Below, one piece after another: positions 20,857 through 30,032 of a DNA stretch of 64,000 bases. Position 1 is the stretch's first letter. The number at the start of each line of letters is the position of its first letter. The position numbers and the translations under genes are program-made. The DNA is from Bacilli bacterium (GTDB taxonomy: Bacteria > Bacillota_I > Bacilli_A > RFN20 > DUOF01). The notes beneath the pieces are model-generated. The model worked only from the letters and a program-made list of their open reading frames with translations, ran no database searches and had not been told where the DNA came from. The stretch covers positions 120 to 64,119 of the forward strand of contig JAFWYE010000008.1 of NCBI GenBank assembly GCA_017517765.1, given 5' to 3'.

Positions 20857-21888
20857 CTATTTTACCTCTTCTAAAACCTTGTATTCCTCAATTATCTTCC
20901 TTTCCTCATCAATTATCTTTTCGAGTTCTTTTTCACTAGGCATACAAGTCATGTATTTAGAAACAAATATATTATCATCTTTATAAATACTAGAGTATTT
21001 TGCTACTGCCTTACTTTGATTTGTAACTAATAATAATCCAATTGTAGGATTATCATCTTTTGCTTTTATTTCCATATCAAAATAGTTCCTATACATATCA
21101 ATTTGAGCAAGATTCTCATATCCTAGTTTACCTGTTTTTAAATCTATTACTACATAGCATTTTAGAATGCTATTATAGAAAACTAAATCTATAAAATAAT
21201 TTTCATCATCAAAACTAATTCTCTTTTGCCTTTCTACAAAACAAAATCCTCTTCCTAGTTCTAATAAAAACTTTTGAAGATGATCTATTAAGGCTTTCTC
21301 CAAATCTTTTTCTAAGTATTTAGCATTATTATCTAATCCCAAAAACTCTAACATATATGGATCCTTTATCACTGTATTAGGATCATACTTTACGCTTTGC
21401 TTTTCTTCATCTATTCCTTCAATAATTTCTACTTCTTGTTTATGTTTTAGAACTCTACTATAAGTGCAAGAACTAATTTGTCTTTCTAATTGCCTAACAC
21501 TCCAATTTCCTTTTATTGCTTCTTCCATATAAAATTCTCTGATTTTAGGATTTTCTATAGTTATAATCAACTTATAATGCGTCCAACTCAATTCGTGCCT
21601 CACTGAGGCACATATTGGAAAAAGCAAATAAAATTGCCTCATTCTCCTTAAATTACTTGTATCGTAACCTTTACCAAAATCATATGTTAGTTGCTTAGAC
21701 AAATCTATAAGAATTCTATCTCCGTATTTAGATTTATCTTTTCCACCTTGAAACTCTACAATTTTCTTTCCAATATTCCAATAAGCAATAAGTATAGTAG
21801 TATTTACATAATTTCTTACATTATTTCTAGATTCATTTATTATTTTTTTAATATCATCATAAAATTCTTTACTAACCACTTCACCCAT
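20857..21888 (-). CDS. YhcG-family (DUF1016) PD-(D/E)xK nuclease
   Basis: N-terminal NVRNYVNTTILIAYWNIGKKIVEFQ...YGDRILIDLSKQLTYDFGKGYDTSNLRRMRQFY is typical of DUF1016. C-terminal IDLVFYNSILKCYVVIDLKTGK is a PD-(D/E)xK core. Confidence 0.75.
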   Translation of the reverse strand: MGEVVSKEFYDDIKKIINESRNNVRNYVNTTILIAYWNIGKKIVEFQGGKDKSKYGDRILIDLSKQLTYDFGKGYDTSNLRRMRQFYLLFPICASVRHELSWTHYKLIITIENPKIREFYMEEAIKGNWSVRQLERQISSCTYSRVLKHKQEVEIIEGIDEEKQSVKYDPNTVIKDPYMLEFLGLDNNAKYLEKDLEKALIDHLQKFLLELGRGFCFVERQKRISFDDENYFIDLVFYNSILKCYVVIDLKTGKLGYENLAQIDMYRNYFDMEIKAKDDNPTIGLLLVTNQSKAVAKYSSIYKDDNIFVSKYMTCMPSEKELEKIIDEERKIIEEYKVLEEVK

Positions 21889-22052
21889 TTCACTCTCTCC
21901 CTCCTTTAGTGATTAATCAAGAAATTATAAATAAAAAAAGCATTACCAACACCTCCAATATAGTCAATTTACTACTATAATGAAAGCACTGATACTGCCC
22001 TCGTTTCATTACAATCACATGTTATCAAATCTGTCTATTTTTGTCTATTTTT
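21889..22052 (-). repeat. Copy B of the ~170-bp duplicated upstream element (5' of the YhcG gene)
   Basis: See copy A. GTTTCATTACA at 22003..22013; TGTCTATTTTT is present twice in tandem (22032..22052). Confidence 0.7.
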
Positions 22053-22069
22053 ATAATCTATAGTTATTG

Positions 22070-22624
22070 CTATTTTTTACTAGCTATAACAGCGATTATA
22101 TTCTCATCTACATATTCTATATATTTTATTTTAAACGAGCATTTAGTTAATAACATTTCTATTTTTTCTTTATCTAATGCATTTATAAAAAAACTAGGTT
22201 CCCATTCAAGTCTAGAAATATTGAATATAAGTATTGTTCCATCATCTACTAAATTATCTCTACATGAATTAAAAGATTTAATTATTTCTTCATCTTTTAA
22301 ATTTTGTAAGCAATATGCATATACTGCTCCATTTGCCTTAACACTTTGAGTAGGGATATCTATCATATTCCCTAAATATAGCTTTAACTCTGGTTTATAT
22401 TTTTTTCCCATATTTAGATGATATTCCTCTATATCATAACCAATACAATCATAACCAAACTCATTTAAATAATTAGAGGCAGGTCCTATACCACAACCTA
22501 AATCTAATATTACTCCCTTTTTAGTTATCTCCATAAACTTAGCATATACATCCTCATTTTCTTTAGGCCCTGCATATACACTATCTACATATTCTTTTTC
22601 CCTTTTTTCTTCCACAAATATCAC
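22070..22624 (-). CDS. Class I SAM-dependent methyltransferase
   Basis: VILDLGCGIGPASNYL is SAM-binding motif I; 184 aa. Confidence 0.65.
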   Translation of the reverse strand: MIFVEEKREKEYVDSVYAGPKENEDVYAKFMEITKKGVILDLGCGIGPASNYLNEFGYDCIGYDIEEYHLNMGKKYKPELKLYLGNMIDIPTQSVKANGAVYAYCLQNLKDEEIIKSFNSCRDNLVDDGTILIFNISRLEWEPSFFINALDKEKIEMLLTKCSFKIKYIEYVDENIIAVIASKK

Positions 22625-22742
22625 TCACTTATTTACTACTATTATAATACAAATATTTATCTTTACATTAAGCCTTCTGTTATTTTCTTTTTGACATAAT
22701 ATGTGAGTTGTACTAAAATAGTTGCGGAAGTGAGGTAGTCAT

Positions 22743-23114
22743 ATGAAAAGAATTACACTTAGTTTAGCAGATTTAGTAGTATTTAGAGTTAAAGGTGAAG
22801 ATGGAGAATTAAAGATTGGAATTCGTGATGATAGCGATTATTCAAATGATGTATATTATTATGGAAAAATATATAGAGACAGGGAAATTGAATTTATAGA
22901 GTATGGAAGAAATGATGGAGAAGATTCTACTTTATATAGAGCAGTAGCAAATGCTTACCCTAACTATGTAACTAAGCATCCTGAAGATATGGTAGATTAT
23001 ATATTACGTAAAGGGTTAAGACCAAGTGAATTAGCTAAAGTTGAAAGAGAATATAATAAAATATTAAATAATAGAGGTAAGACTGGTAAAGGGCGTCTAT
23101 TTGGAAGAAGATAA
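22743..23114 (+). CDS. Hypothetical protein
   Basis: 123-aa ORF with GAGGTAG upstream and a strong terminator downstream. Confidence 0.45.
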   Translation: MKRITLSLADLVVFRVKGEDGELKIGIRDDSDYSNDVYYYGKIYRDREIEFIEYGRNDGEDSTLYRAVANAYPNYVTKHPEDMVDYILRKGLRPSELAKVEREYNKILNNRGKTGKGRLFGRR

Positions 23115-23115
23115 G

Positions 23116-23138
23116 GCATTGAGAAATCAATGCTTTTT
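23116..23138 (+). terminator. Rho-independent terminator
   Basis: GCATTGA-gaaa-TCAATGC followed by T5. Confidence 0.75.
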
Positions 23139-23222
23139 ATATTCCTTTTACTCTTTTTTAATTAATCTTTATGATACACTTAAAGTATAACAATTATTTA
23201 TTAGTTAAAGGGGTATGATAAA

Positions 23223-23762
23223 ATGGGTCCAGATTTCTTTATTTTATGTTTAATAGTATGTTTTGGTAGAGTAATAGATGTATCATTAGGTACTACTAGA
23301 ACCGTATTTACAGTTAGAGGTAAACCCTACATTGCTGCATCAATTGCATTTATAGAGGTAACTTTATGGTTTTTAATTGTAAGAGAAGCTCTTAATTGTG
23401 AAACTAAGGGATTAGAAACTTACCTTATAGCTATCTCTTATGCTCTAGGGTATTCTCTAGGTACACTTCTAGGAGGATTAGTAACTTCAAAAGTAATAAG
23501 AACAAAGATAAATGTTCAAATTATAGCTACTAATAAAGATGATGAGTTAACTAATGCATTAAGTGAAGCAGGATTTGGTGCTACTATCTTACTTGCTACT
23601 GGAGCTACCACTAAAGAAGAAAGATATATGATTCTTATAGAAACTGATAATAAGAAACTAAAAACACTAAAAGCACTAATTAATGAACATGATCCTAAAG
23701 CATTCATTACAGTAAGCGATATTAAATCTACTCATAATGGATACTTTGGAAATAGAGCATAA
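23223..23762 (+). CDS. UPF0316 / DUF2179 family membrane protein (YebE-like)
   Basis: GRVIDVSLGTTRTVFTVRGK N-terminal block, 3 TM helices, then C-terminal GFGATIL...DPKAFITVSDI, as in UPF0316 proteins. Confidence 0.65.
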   Translation: MGPDFFILCLIVCFGRVIDVSLGTTRTVFTVRGKPYIAASIAFIEVTLWFLIVREALNCETKGLETYLIAISYALGYSLGTLLGGLVTSKVIRTKINVQIIATNKDDELTNALSEAGFGATILLATGATTKEERYMILIETDNKKLKTLKALINEHDPKAFITVSDIKSTHNGYFGNRA

Positions 23763-23769
23763 TAAAAAA

Positions 23770-23797
23770 ACAGATAGTCATTTGGCTATCTGCTTTT
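23770..23797 (+). terminator. Rho-independent terminator
   Basis: CAGATAG-tcatttgg-CTATCTG followed by a T-run. Confidence 0.7.
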
Positions 23798-23980
23798 TAT
23801 TTTAACCTTTAATTTTAAGTGAGATATTAAATCTTTTAGCTCTATTTTTTTCTATTAGATAGATAATAAGCATATAAGCAAATATCCTAGTATAAATACA
23901 CTAGTAAAAACGATAATAGCAATTGCATTATTACTTAACCATCCATTAATTTTCTTCCTACTCAACTTTCACTAATATTA

Positions 23981-26086
23981 CTATACTTTTTTCCCATCTT
24001 TAACTTTAGTAACACTACCATCTCTTTCATATATCTTTCCATTATATAATTCATACCAATCTATATAATCACAATCATCTGTTTTAAAAGTTCCTACATA
24101 CAAAGAATCATTATACATACAAATTCCTTTAAGTTGTTTCTTTTTAAACTCTCCTTCATAAACTTTTCCATACTTAGATATTATTCTACCTTTACCTTTT
24201 CTTTCTATTTCAAATCCTTCAATCACTCTAGAATTAGGCTTATAGATAGCTTTTTTAGAAAATTCACCTTCATATATGCTTCCATCATCATAAAACACTG
24301 TCCCATACGTATCAGATATTGCTCCAGGATTTCCATTCTTTCTTGCAATCAAAATACCATTATGATCAACTAATTGATATATACCAATTTCTTTATAATA
24401 CGAAGAAGTTAATCTTTCTTTTTCTTTTTGTTCTAATGTTTCATTAATTCTGTATAGTGCTTCATAAAGGAAGTTTTTTTGAAGCAACAATTTCATTGCA
24501 TTATCAAAATTTGTACTGTTAACACCAATAAAACTATTAGCACATACAAACTTGAAAAAAATATCTTTGTAATTAAGATTAGAAGAAGGTCTTAGTGCTA
24601 ATACCTCTTTTAGTTTTTCATATATATCTTTTACAATCTCCGTATTTAGTTCATCTTTTTTTGCTTTTCTTGTAGAAGAATCTTTTTTTGTCTCATTATG
24701 TTTAACAAATTTTCCAGCTTTATATTCACACTTATAACTTCCATTAATTAGGCTAGTATATTCACCTATTCCCTTAGGAAAATTATCACTAAACTCACCT
24801 TCAAATATATCACCATTTGCTAGAATTAATTTCCCTTTACCATTTTTAATAAACTCACACTTATAATAAGTACAACCACCACGATATATTTTATCTACTT
24901 TATATGACATCTCACCTTCATATACCTCACCATTAACATAAAAACATGTTACTAAATCATAACTCAAACTATCATTTTTGTTTCTTCCTAGGCAAACGTT
25001 TCCTGATTCATCTTTTCTTATACTTACTGATAAAACATAATCTTTAGTATTATTAGCCTTTTCTAATTCTTTTTGCTCTAATGTATTCCCATTATTATAC
25101 TCTTTTGCATAAAACGGATTATACAAGCAAAAATTATTCATATATTTTTTTACTTCACTAATATCCTTCTTATTGTATCCATACGTAATTTCTTCTATAG
25201 CGACTTTATAACCATCAAAATCAATCTTATCTACAGAAGCAACTTTAACTTTACGCTTCTTTTCCTCTTTTGCTCGTGCTTCATCCACTACTTTTGCTAA
25301 TATCTCTTCATGTTGTTTATCCGTAAGAGTAACTCTATTAATATCTTTTTTAGTTTCCGTTTTGTTTTCAAAAGTAACAGTGGTTACTTTTGAACTTATA
25401 TTAGTAACAACACTTTCTACCTCGCCACTATCTAACTCTCCAAATTTTCTAATATATGCATTTAATTCATCTTTATCATAACTACCATATGAATGCCTCT
25501 TTTCTGCTAAATCCCAATATCTACATATCCTATTAACCCCGTTAGCACTAGTAACAAAAAAGTCATATCTTTCTTTTAAATTAACTAGTTTATATTTATG
25601 CTCAACATAATTAACAGTATCGCATCCATAAGTATAATTGCTATAATCTGCAAGCAAAGCATTTTCACTCTTATGACTTTTTGTGAAACCCCAATTTGTA
25701 TAGGCAGAAGCTAAAAATACCAAATAACAATCTCCACTAGAAGAAACCTCAACTATAGCTTCTCTATCAATAGCTTTATTAATTTTTTTATCTTCAAAAC
25801 TAATATTTGAACTAGGTATAAATCTATAATCGATATAACAAGTTACCCTGATTAAATAACTACCTTCTCTAAGTGATAACCCCACTCCATTATACAATCC
25901 ACCTACATTAATCTTTTTTCCATTAATTTCAAAATTTACAATACTTACACTCTTAGAGTCTTTATATCTCTCAATTGTTGTTGCAGTTGTTGATTTCAAA
26001 TTAGAAGAATCAAGATGTGCAAGTGGAATAAAATGGAAGTTTATTCGTTTATCTTTTCTACTATAATATTCTAAAAATGTATTCAT
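23981..26086 (-). CDS. MORN-repeat protein with unknown N-terminal domain
   Basis: Repeated YxGE(F/M)xxxxxxGxG units (YEGEMSYKVDKIYRGG, FEGEFSDNFPKGIGEY, YEGEFSKKAIYK, YEGEFKKKQLKGICMY); 701 aa. Confidence 0.6.
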   Translation of the reverse strand: MNTFLEYYSRKDKRINFHFIPLAHLDSSNLKSTTATTIERYKDSKSVSIVNFEINGKKINVGGLYNGVGLSLREGSYLIRVTCYIDYRFIPSSNISFEDKKINKAIDREAIVEVSSSGDCYLVFLASAYTNWGFTKSHKSENALLADYSNYTYGCDTVNYVEHKYKLVNLKERYDFFVTSANGVNRICRYWDLAEKRHSYGSYDKDELNAYIRKFGELDSGEVESVVTNISSKVTTVTFENKTETKKDINRVTLTDKQHEEILAKVVDEARAKEEKKRKVKVASVDKIDFDGYKVAIEEITYGYNKKDISEVKKYMNNFCLYNPFYAKEYNNGNTLEQKELEKANNTKDYVLSVSIRKDESGNVCLGRNKNDSLSYDLVTCFYVNGEVYEGEMSYKVDKIYRGGCTYYKCEFIKNGKGKLILANGDIFEGEFSDNFPKGIGEYTSLINGSYKCEYKAGKFVKHNETKKDSSTRKAKKDELNTEIVKDIYEKLKEVLALRPSSNLNYKDIFFKFVCANSFIGVNSTNFDNAMKLLLQKNFLYEALYRINETLEQKEKERLTSSYYKEIGIYQLVDHNGILIARKNGNPGAISDTYGTVFYDDGSIYEGEFSKKAIYKPNSRVIEGFEIERKGKGRIISKYGKVYEGEFKKKQLKGICMYNDSLYVGTFKTDDCDYIDWYELYNGKIYERDGSVTKVKDGKKV

Positions 26087-26394
26087 TTAACTTATCCCCT
26101 TTTAACAATTAAATTCTATCACTAAGAAATTCCACAAACAATATAAGGTAAGAAAATTAGTTTGAACCCAAAAAAATTCGCACGAAACCCATCGCTCGGT
26201 GTAGAGGCTAAATCCCCTAGAGATTTAACTCCCCTACCCCTTAATTATAAATTCATTGCAATTTTTACCCATTTTTAGGCACACAAAGATATTCCTTTCT
26301 CTCTAACTCGTATCATAAGTTATATTATTTGGAGGTGTTAACCTATTGAGACAAGATAGAACAGCAAGGTGTCCTTTAGATTATCAAAAGTATA

Positions 26395-27048
26395 CTAAGA
26401 TTTATTTTTTATTTTGTTTTTATATCGTTCAGCATATTCTTTCTTATATTTTTCTGTGTCCTTAATATCTATTCTTGTGCTAACAGAACCTTTAAATTCA
26501 CTGGCTACATTAAGAGCACTTACATAAATATCTTGATTTTCAATAAATTCATTTATATCCTTATATATTAGTTTTTTGTTAGTTACCGCTTCTTGTTCAT
26601 TTAGTTCAATATAGCTTTCTATATCGGCAATACTCTGAATGATTTTTTCAATATCTTTAACAAATTTTTCAACTATGCTCTTTCTTTTATCATACTTAAA
26701 TAAACTTTCTTGAAGGTCAAAAGACAATTGATATATCTCATAGATATCATTATGCATAATCGCCAATGTTTGAACTAATTTTTCTATATCAGCACATTTT
26801 TTAGAAGAATATAACGCTGCATTAGCATCTATATTATATCTATAAGTTTTTATTGTAATTTCTTCAGATATAATTTTTAATTGCACTAAATAATTAACTA
26901 AACATGTAACAAAAGCCAATAATGCACTTCCAAAAACAGCAAAGCAAAAATTCAACCACCATCCATCATATCTAAAAGTTATTGCTCCTATCAACGATAC
27001 AACCGTAACAAATGAAAAACTTTTCATACTAAATTTATTTATTCTCAT
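26395..27048 (-). CDS. Membrane-anchored (2 TM) helical/coiled-coil protein, unknown function
   Basis: 217 aa. Two N-terminal hydrophobic helices (FSFVTVVSLIGAITF, NFCFAVFGSALLAFVTCLVNYLV), then a charged helical region. Confidence 0.45.
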   Translation of the reverse strand: MRINKFSMKSFSFVTVVSLIGAITFRYDGWWLNFCFAVFGSALLAFVTCLVNYLVQLKIISEEITIKTYRYNIDANAALYSSKKCADIEKLVQTLAIMHNDIYEIYQLSFDLQESLFKYDKRKSIVEKFVKDIEKIIQSIADIESYIELNEQEAVTNKKLIYKDINEFIENQDIYVSALNVASEFKGSVSTRIDIKDTEKYKKEYAERYKNKIKNKS

Positions 27049-27242
27049 ATTTTCTCACTCCTCAATAATATTATACTTTTTTTTATCGAGAAATGGATTC
27101 GTTCTTTAACTTAATGTAATCACCTGTGCATCTGCTATTAGTCTTTTTTGTAATGTTTCTATTAGATGAGTATCCACTTTCATTCTTTCCGTGTTAATAA
27201 CGCCCTATTAGTTATATAATAATCTATCATATCCAGCAAAAG

Positions 27243-27263
27243 AAAAAAGTGCTTATATAGCAC
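27243..27263 (-). terminator. Putative terminator at the trailer end of the CRISPR array
   Basis: Minus strand reads GTGCT-atata-AGCAC followed by T6, 8 nt beyond the degenerate terminal repeat. The stem is short (5 bp). Confidence 0.45.
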
Positions 27264-27270
27264 AAAAAAG

Positions 27271-27900
27271 ATATTTACATAACATAAATTTTAAGGGTAT
27301 TAGAACATCCACTCAATAAACTCATTACTATCATCTGTTCTTACATAACATAAATTTTAAGGGTATTAGAACTCTTGTATTTAGTTTATCAACTACAAAT
27401 TAGTTCTTACATAACATAAATTTTAAGGGTATTAGAACGCTTAAATTGTAACAACTACTATAATTTTTGTTCTTACATAACATAAATTTTAAGGGTATTA
27501 GAACGAGAATAGCCAATAGTAGGTAAGCCATTTAGTTCTTACATAACATAAATTTTAAGGGTATTAGAACCAACCTCCTATCTTAGGAGCAAAAAGCAAC
27601 GTTCTTACATAACATAAATTTTAAGGGTATTAGAACGGGCTAACGAAAAACACTCATTTACTTTAGGTTCTTACATAACATAAATTTTAAGGGTATTAGA
27701 ACACATATCTAACACTATTTGTTTCTTTTCATGTTCTTACATAACATAAATTTTAAGGGTATTAGAACGAATATCCTAATATACTCCTAACTGTATACGT
27801 TCTTACATAACATAAATTTTAAGGGTATTAGAACTACCAGTTGCTAATTCAGTGATACCACCAAGTTCTTACATAACATAAATTTTAAGGGTATTAGAAC
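27271..27900 (-). CRISPR. CRISPR array, 10 repeats x 36 bp and 9 spacers x 30 bp, transcribed on the minus strand (leader at the 27900 side)
   Basis: The plus-strand repeat GTTCTTACATAACATAAATTTTAAGGGTATTAGAAC starts at 27337, 27403, 27469, 27535, 27601, 27667, 27733, 27799 and 27865 (all identical, exact 66-bp period). The repeat at 27271 is degenerate at its outer end (ATATTT instead of GTTCTT), so it is the trailer. The cas operon lies immediately upstream on the minus strand. Confidence 0.97.
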
Positions 27901-27943
27901 CTCAAACATATGATACTATATTTGATATTTTTTTTAAATAATA

Positions 27944-28816
27944 TTATTTTTTATATAATATTTTTTTTAATTTACAACTTTTTAGTGCTTCTTCTAGTTT
28001 ATTTGTAAATGCCTCAACTGTACTAGTAAATGGTGAATTGATAATATATTCAAATACTTGTTCCTCACTCCCAAGATCTAACCATCCAAAATCAGTTAAT
28101 ATAAGACTTTCTATTGGAATATTATCATTATAACTATTTGAAAATATAATCATATTGACGTCTTCTCCTAATAGATTAATTTCATCTATCACTTTATTTG
28201 TCATCTCTGGGATGTTTGCAATCACTATAATATTCTTTTTAGACATTATACTTATTTTATTTATTAATTTTATCTGTAATATGATTGATTCTTCATAGCC
28301 TATATCTAGACTGTTAATCTCCAGATTATCTTTAGTTAAAATAGGAACTAATAATTTAATTAAACTTTTATAATTAAAATCTTCATTTTCTACTGACAAA
28401 TTTACATTTTCATGATTTATTGATACTCTATCTTCTAATTCAAAATTTATCAGAGCATATAATAACTCTTTTACAGTGTTAAAAGTATCTTCATATTCTA
28501 TTCCTTCTAATGCATACTCTAAATATTTCAATATCAATGATTTAGTAGTAAGTTTAGCATCACCACTATAATCATATTCGTAACCCATCTCAAAAAACAA
28601 TGTATCTTTAATATCTAAATATCTATCATTAAACTTAACCAATGCTTTATTATTATTTTCTTTTCCATAATCACTTGGTGATAATTTATTAAAATAATAT
28701 TTAATGCATTTATACACATTAAATTTACTATCAAAATTATTACCATATATAATCTTATATTTATCTATTGCTATATTATAACTTCTATTATTTATTATAC
28801 ATTCTATATTATTCAT
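27944..28816 (-). CDS. csn2: Csn2-like type II-A adaptation protein (290 aa, atypical length)
   Basis: Fourth gene of the cas9-cas1-cas2 operon, directly abutting the array leader. Called mainly from position; only loose resemblance (KNIIVIANIPEMT...NMIIFSNS) to Csn2 C-terminal blocks. Confidence 0.6.
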   Translation of the reverse strand: MNNIECIINNRSYNIAIDKYKIIYGNNFDSKFNVYKCIKYYFNKLSPSDYGKENNNKALVKFNDRYLDIKDTLFFEMGYEYDYSGDAKLTTKSLILKYLEYALEGIEYEDTFNTVKELLYALINFELEDRVSINHENVNLSVENEDFNYKSLIKLLVPILTKDNLEINSLDIGYEESIILQIKLINKISIMSKKNIIVIANIPEMTNKVIDEINLLGEDVNMIIFSNSYNDNIPIESLILTDFGWLDLGSEEQVFEYIINSPFTSTVEAFTNKLEEALKSCKLKKILYKK

Positions 28817-28819
28817 AAA

Positions 28820-29143
28820 TCAAAAAAGAACAAAAGGATCTATTGTAATCTTTTCTTCTTGCTTACTCTTCCCTCCTATTATTATTTCTATATCATTATA
28901 TTGTTTTTCTGTAACTATCATTATTCTTATTTGGCCTTGCATTGGTACATTCTTTTTTAAAATTTTTAAGTATGCTTGTGCCGCTTCCACATTATTAAAT
29001 ACTTTACAATATATAGAAAACTGCATCATAGAAAACCCACTCTTAATCAAAAATTTTCTAAATTGTGTATATGTTCTAACTTTCTTTTTACTATTCATAG
29101 GTAAATCAAAAAATACAATCATTCTCATAAAACTATATATCAT
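28820..29143 (-). CDS. cas2: Cas2
   Basis: MIYSFMRMIVFFDLP...YTQFRKFLIKSGFSMMQFSIYCKV matches the Cas2 N-terminal ferredoxin-like block. Start moved to ATG 29143 (overlaps the cas1 stop by 11 nt); the track ORF extends to 29185. Confidence 0.85.
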   Translation of the reverse strand: MIYSFMRMIVFFDLPMNSKKKVRTYTQFRKFLIKSGFSMMQFSIYCKVFNNVEAAQAYLKILKKNVPMQGQIRIMIVTEKQYNDIEIIIGGKSKQEEKITIDPFVLF

Positions 29144-30026
29144 ATAACTTAGTTTTAGGAAAACACACTTCTTTTCCTGTTTCAAAATAGTTAATAATAG
29201 AATCTATATACATATCTATAGCATTGGAAATAGTTTGCTTTCTACCATTTATTTCTATCTTATTATTTAGTATCTTTATGATTTCTAACCTGTGGTTTCT
29301 AGTAAATAACACTTCATTTCTTAAATTATTATATACATAGTTATCAATGATAGGTCTAAATACTTCAATTATATCATCAGCCAAATTATATTCATTACTT
29401 TCACCTTTATGGAATATTCCAAGCATGCAATTTAATCCCTTTCCCACAAGCGATTTAGCTATCATTGTTCTTAATACTATATATCCATAATTTAATCCAG
29501 CATTTATTGTATCCTCCTCAAAACGTCTAAATTTTTCTCCAAATAATGCTCTAAAATATATTCTTGCAGTTAATCCTTCACGATTAGTCAAATCATAAAA
29601 TTCTATACTATTTTTCAGACTTTCTATCATTTCAATGTAACTATTATCAAGATTATTAGTCTTTAATACAGATAACTGATTATCAATTTTATGATATACA
29701 ATATTTTTCCACAGTTCCCCTTTCATGTCATTATCCCACGATAATTGTTTAAACAACATTTTGCTAGACAGACAATTACCCGAAATAGCTAATAATTGAG
29801 AAACTGGCAAATGATTCATATCACAAATTATTAAATTTATATTATATTCACTACACTTACTTAATAAATTAGCACTTATTGTTGATTTATAGTTATCTAA
29901 CACTATCACATCTATATCTTTTAAAGGAACCAATACATCTTCATCATTTACATTCCTTATCTTAATATTATCTAGATACAAACTAAGATAGTTATTTTCT
30001 TCAATATATATTGTTCTCCAACCCAT
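29133..30026 (-). CDS. cas1: Cas1
   Basis: MGWRTIYIEENNYLSLYLDNIKI... is a typical type II Cas1 N-terminus. NYGYIVLRTMIAKSLVGKGLNCMLGIFHKGESNEYNLADDIIEVFRP is the conserved Cas1 catalytic region. The first 31 codons of the track ORF (30027..30119) are rejected because they overlie the tracrRNA. Confidence 0.9.
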   Translation of the reverse strand: MGWRTIYIEENNYLSLYLDNIKIRNVNDEDVLVPLKDIDVIVLDNYKSTISANLLSKCSEYNINLIICDMNHLPVSQLLAISGNCLSSKMLFKQLSWDNDMKGELWKNIVYHKIDNQLSVLKTNNLDNSYIEMIESLKNSIEFYDLTNREGLTARIYFRALFGEKFRRFEEDTINAGLNYGYIVLRTMIAKSLVGKGLNCMLGIFHKGESNEYNLADDIIEVFRPIIDNYVYNNLRNEVLFTRNHRLEIIKILNNKIEINGRKQTISNAIDMYIDSIINYFETGKEVCFPKTKLYDI

Positions 30027-30032
30027 ACAAAT

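Noticed and set aside
23850-23960. Small hydrophobic minus-strand ORF (TTG start; ...SRKKINGWLSNNAIAIIVFTSVFILGYLLICLLSI) downstream of the MORN gene, resembling a type I toxin
   Set aside because: It has no ATG and no convincing RBS, and a TGA lies immediately upstream. There is no evidence for an antisense RNA partner. Too speculative to call.
26161-26290. GC-richer non-coding patch (CGCACGAAACCCATCGCTCGGTGTAGAGGCTAAATCCCCTAGAG...) as a possible tRNA, tmRNA fragment or att site
   Set aside because: I could not fold it into a cloverleaf or find T-loop/anticodon features. Only a weak AAATC/GATTT hairpin is present. It is left as unexplained sequence rather than called.
27049-27242. Possible decayed CRISPR repeats beyond the trailer (three TATTAG strings; ATCCACT shared with spacer 1)
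   Set aside because: Spacing is irregular (not 66 bp) and similarity is limited to 6-8-mers, which is consistent with chance in AT-rich DNA.
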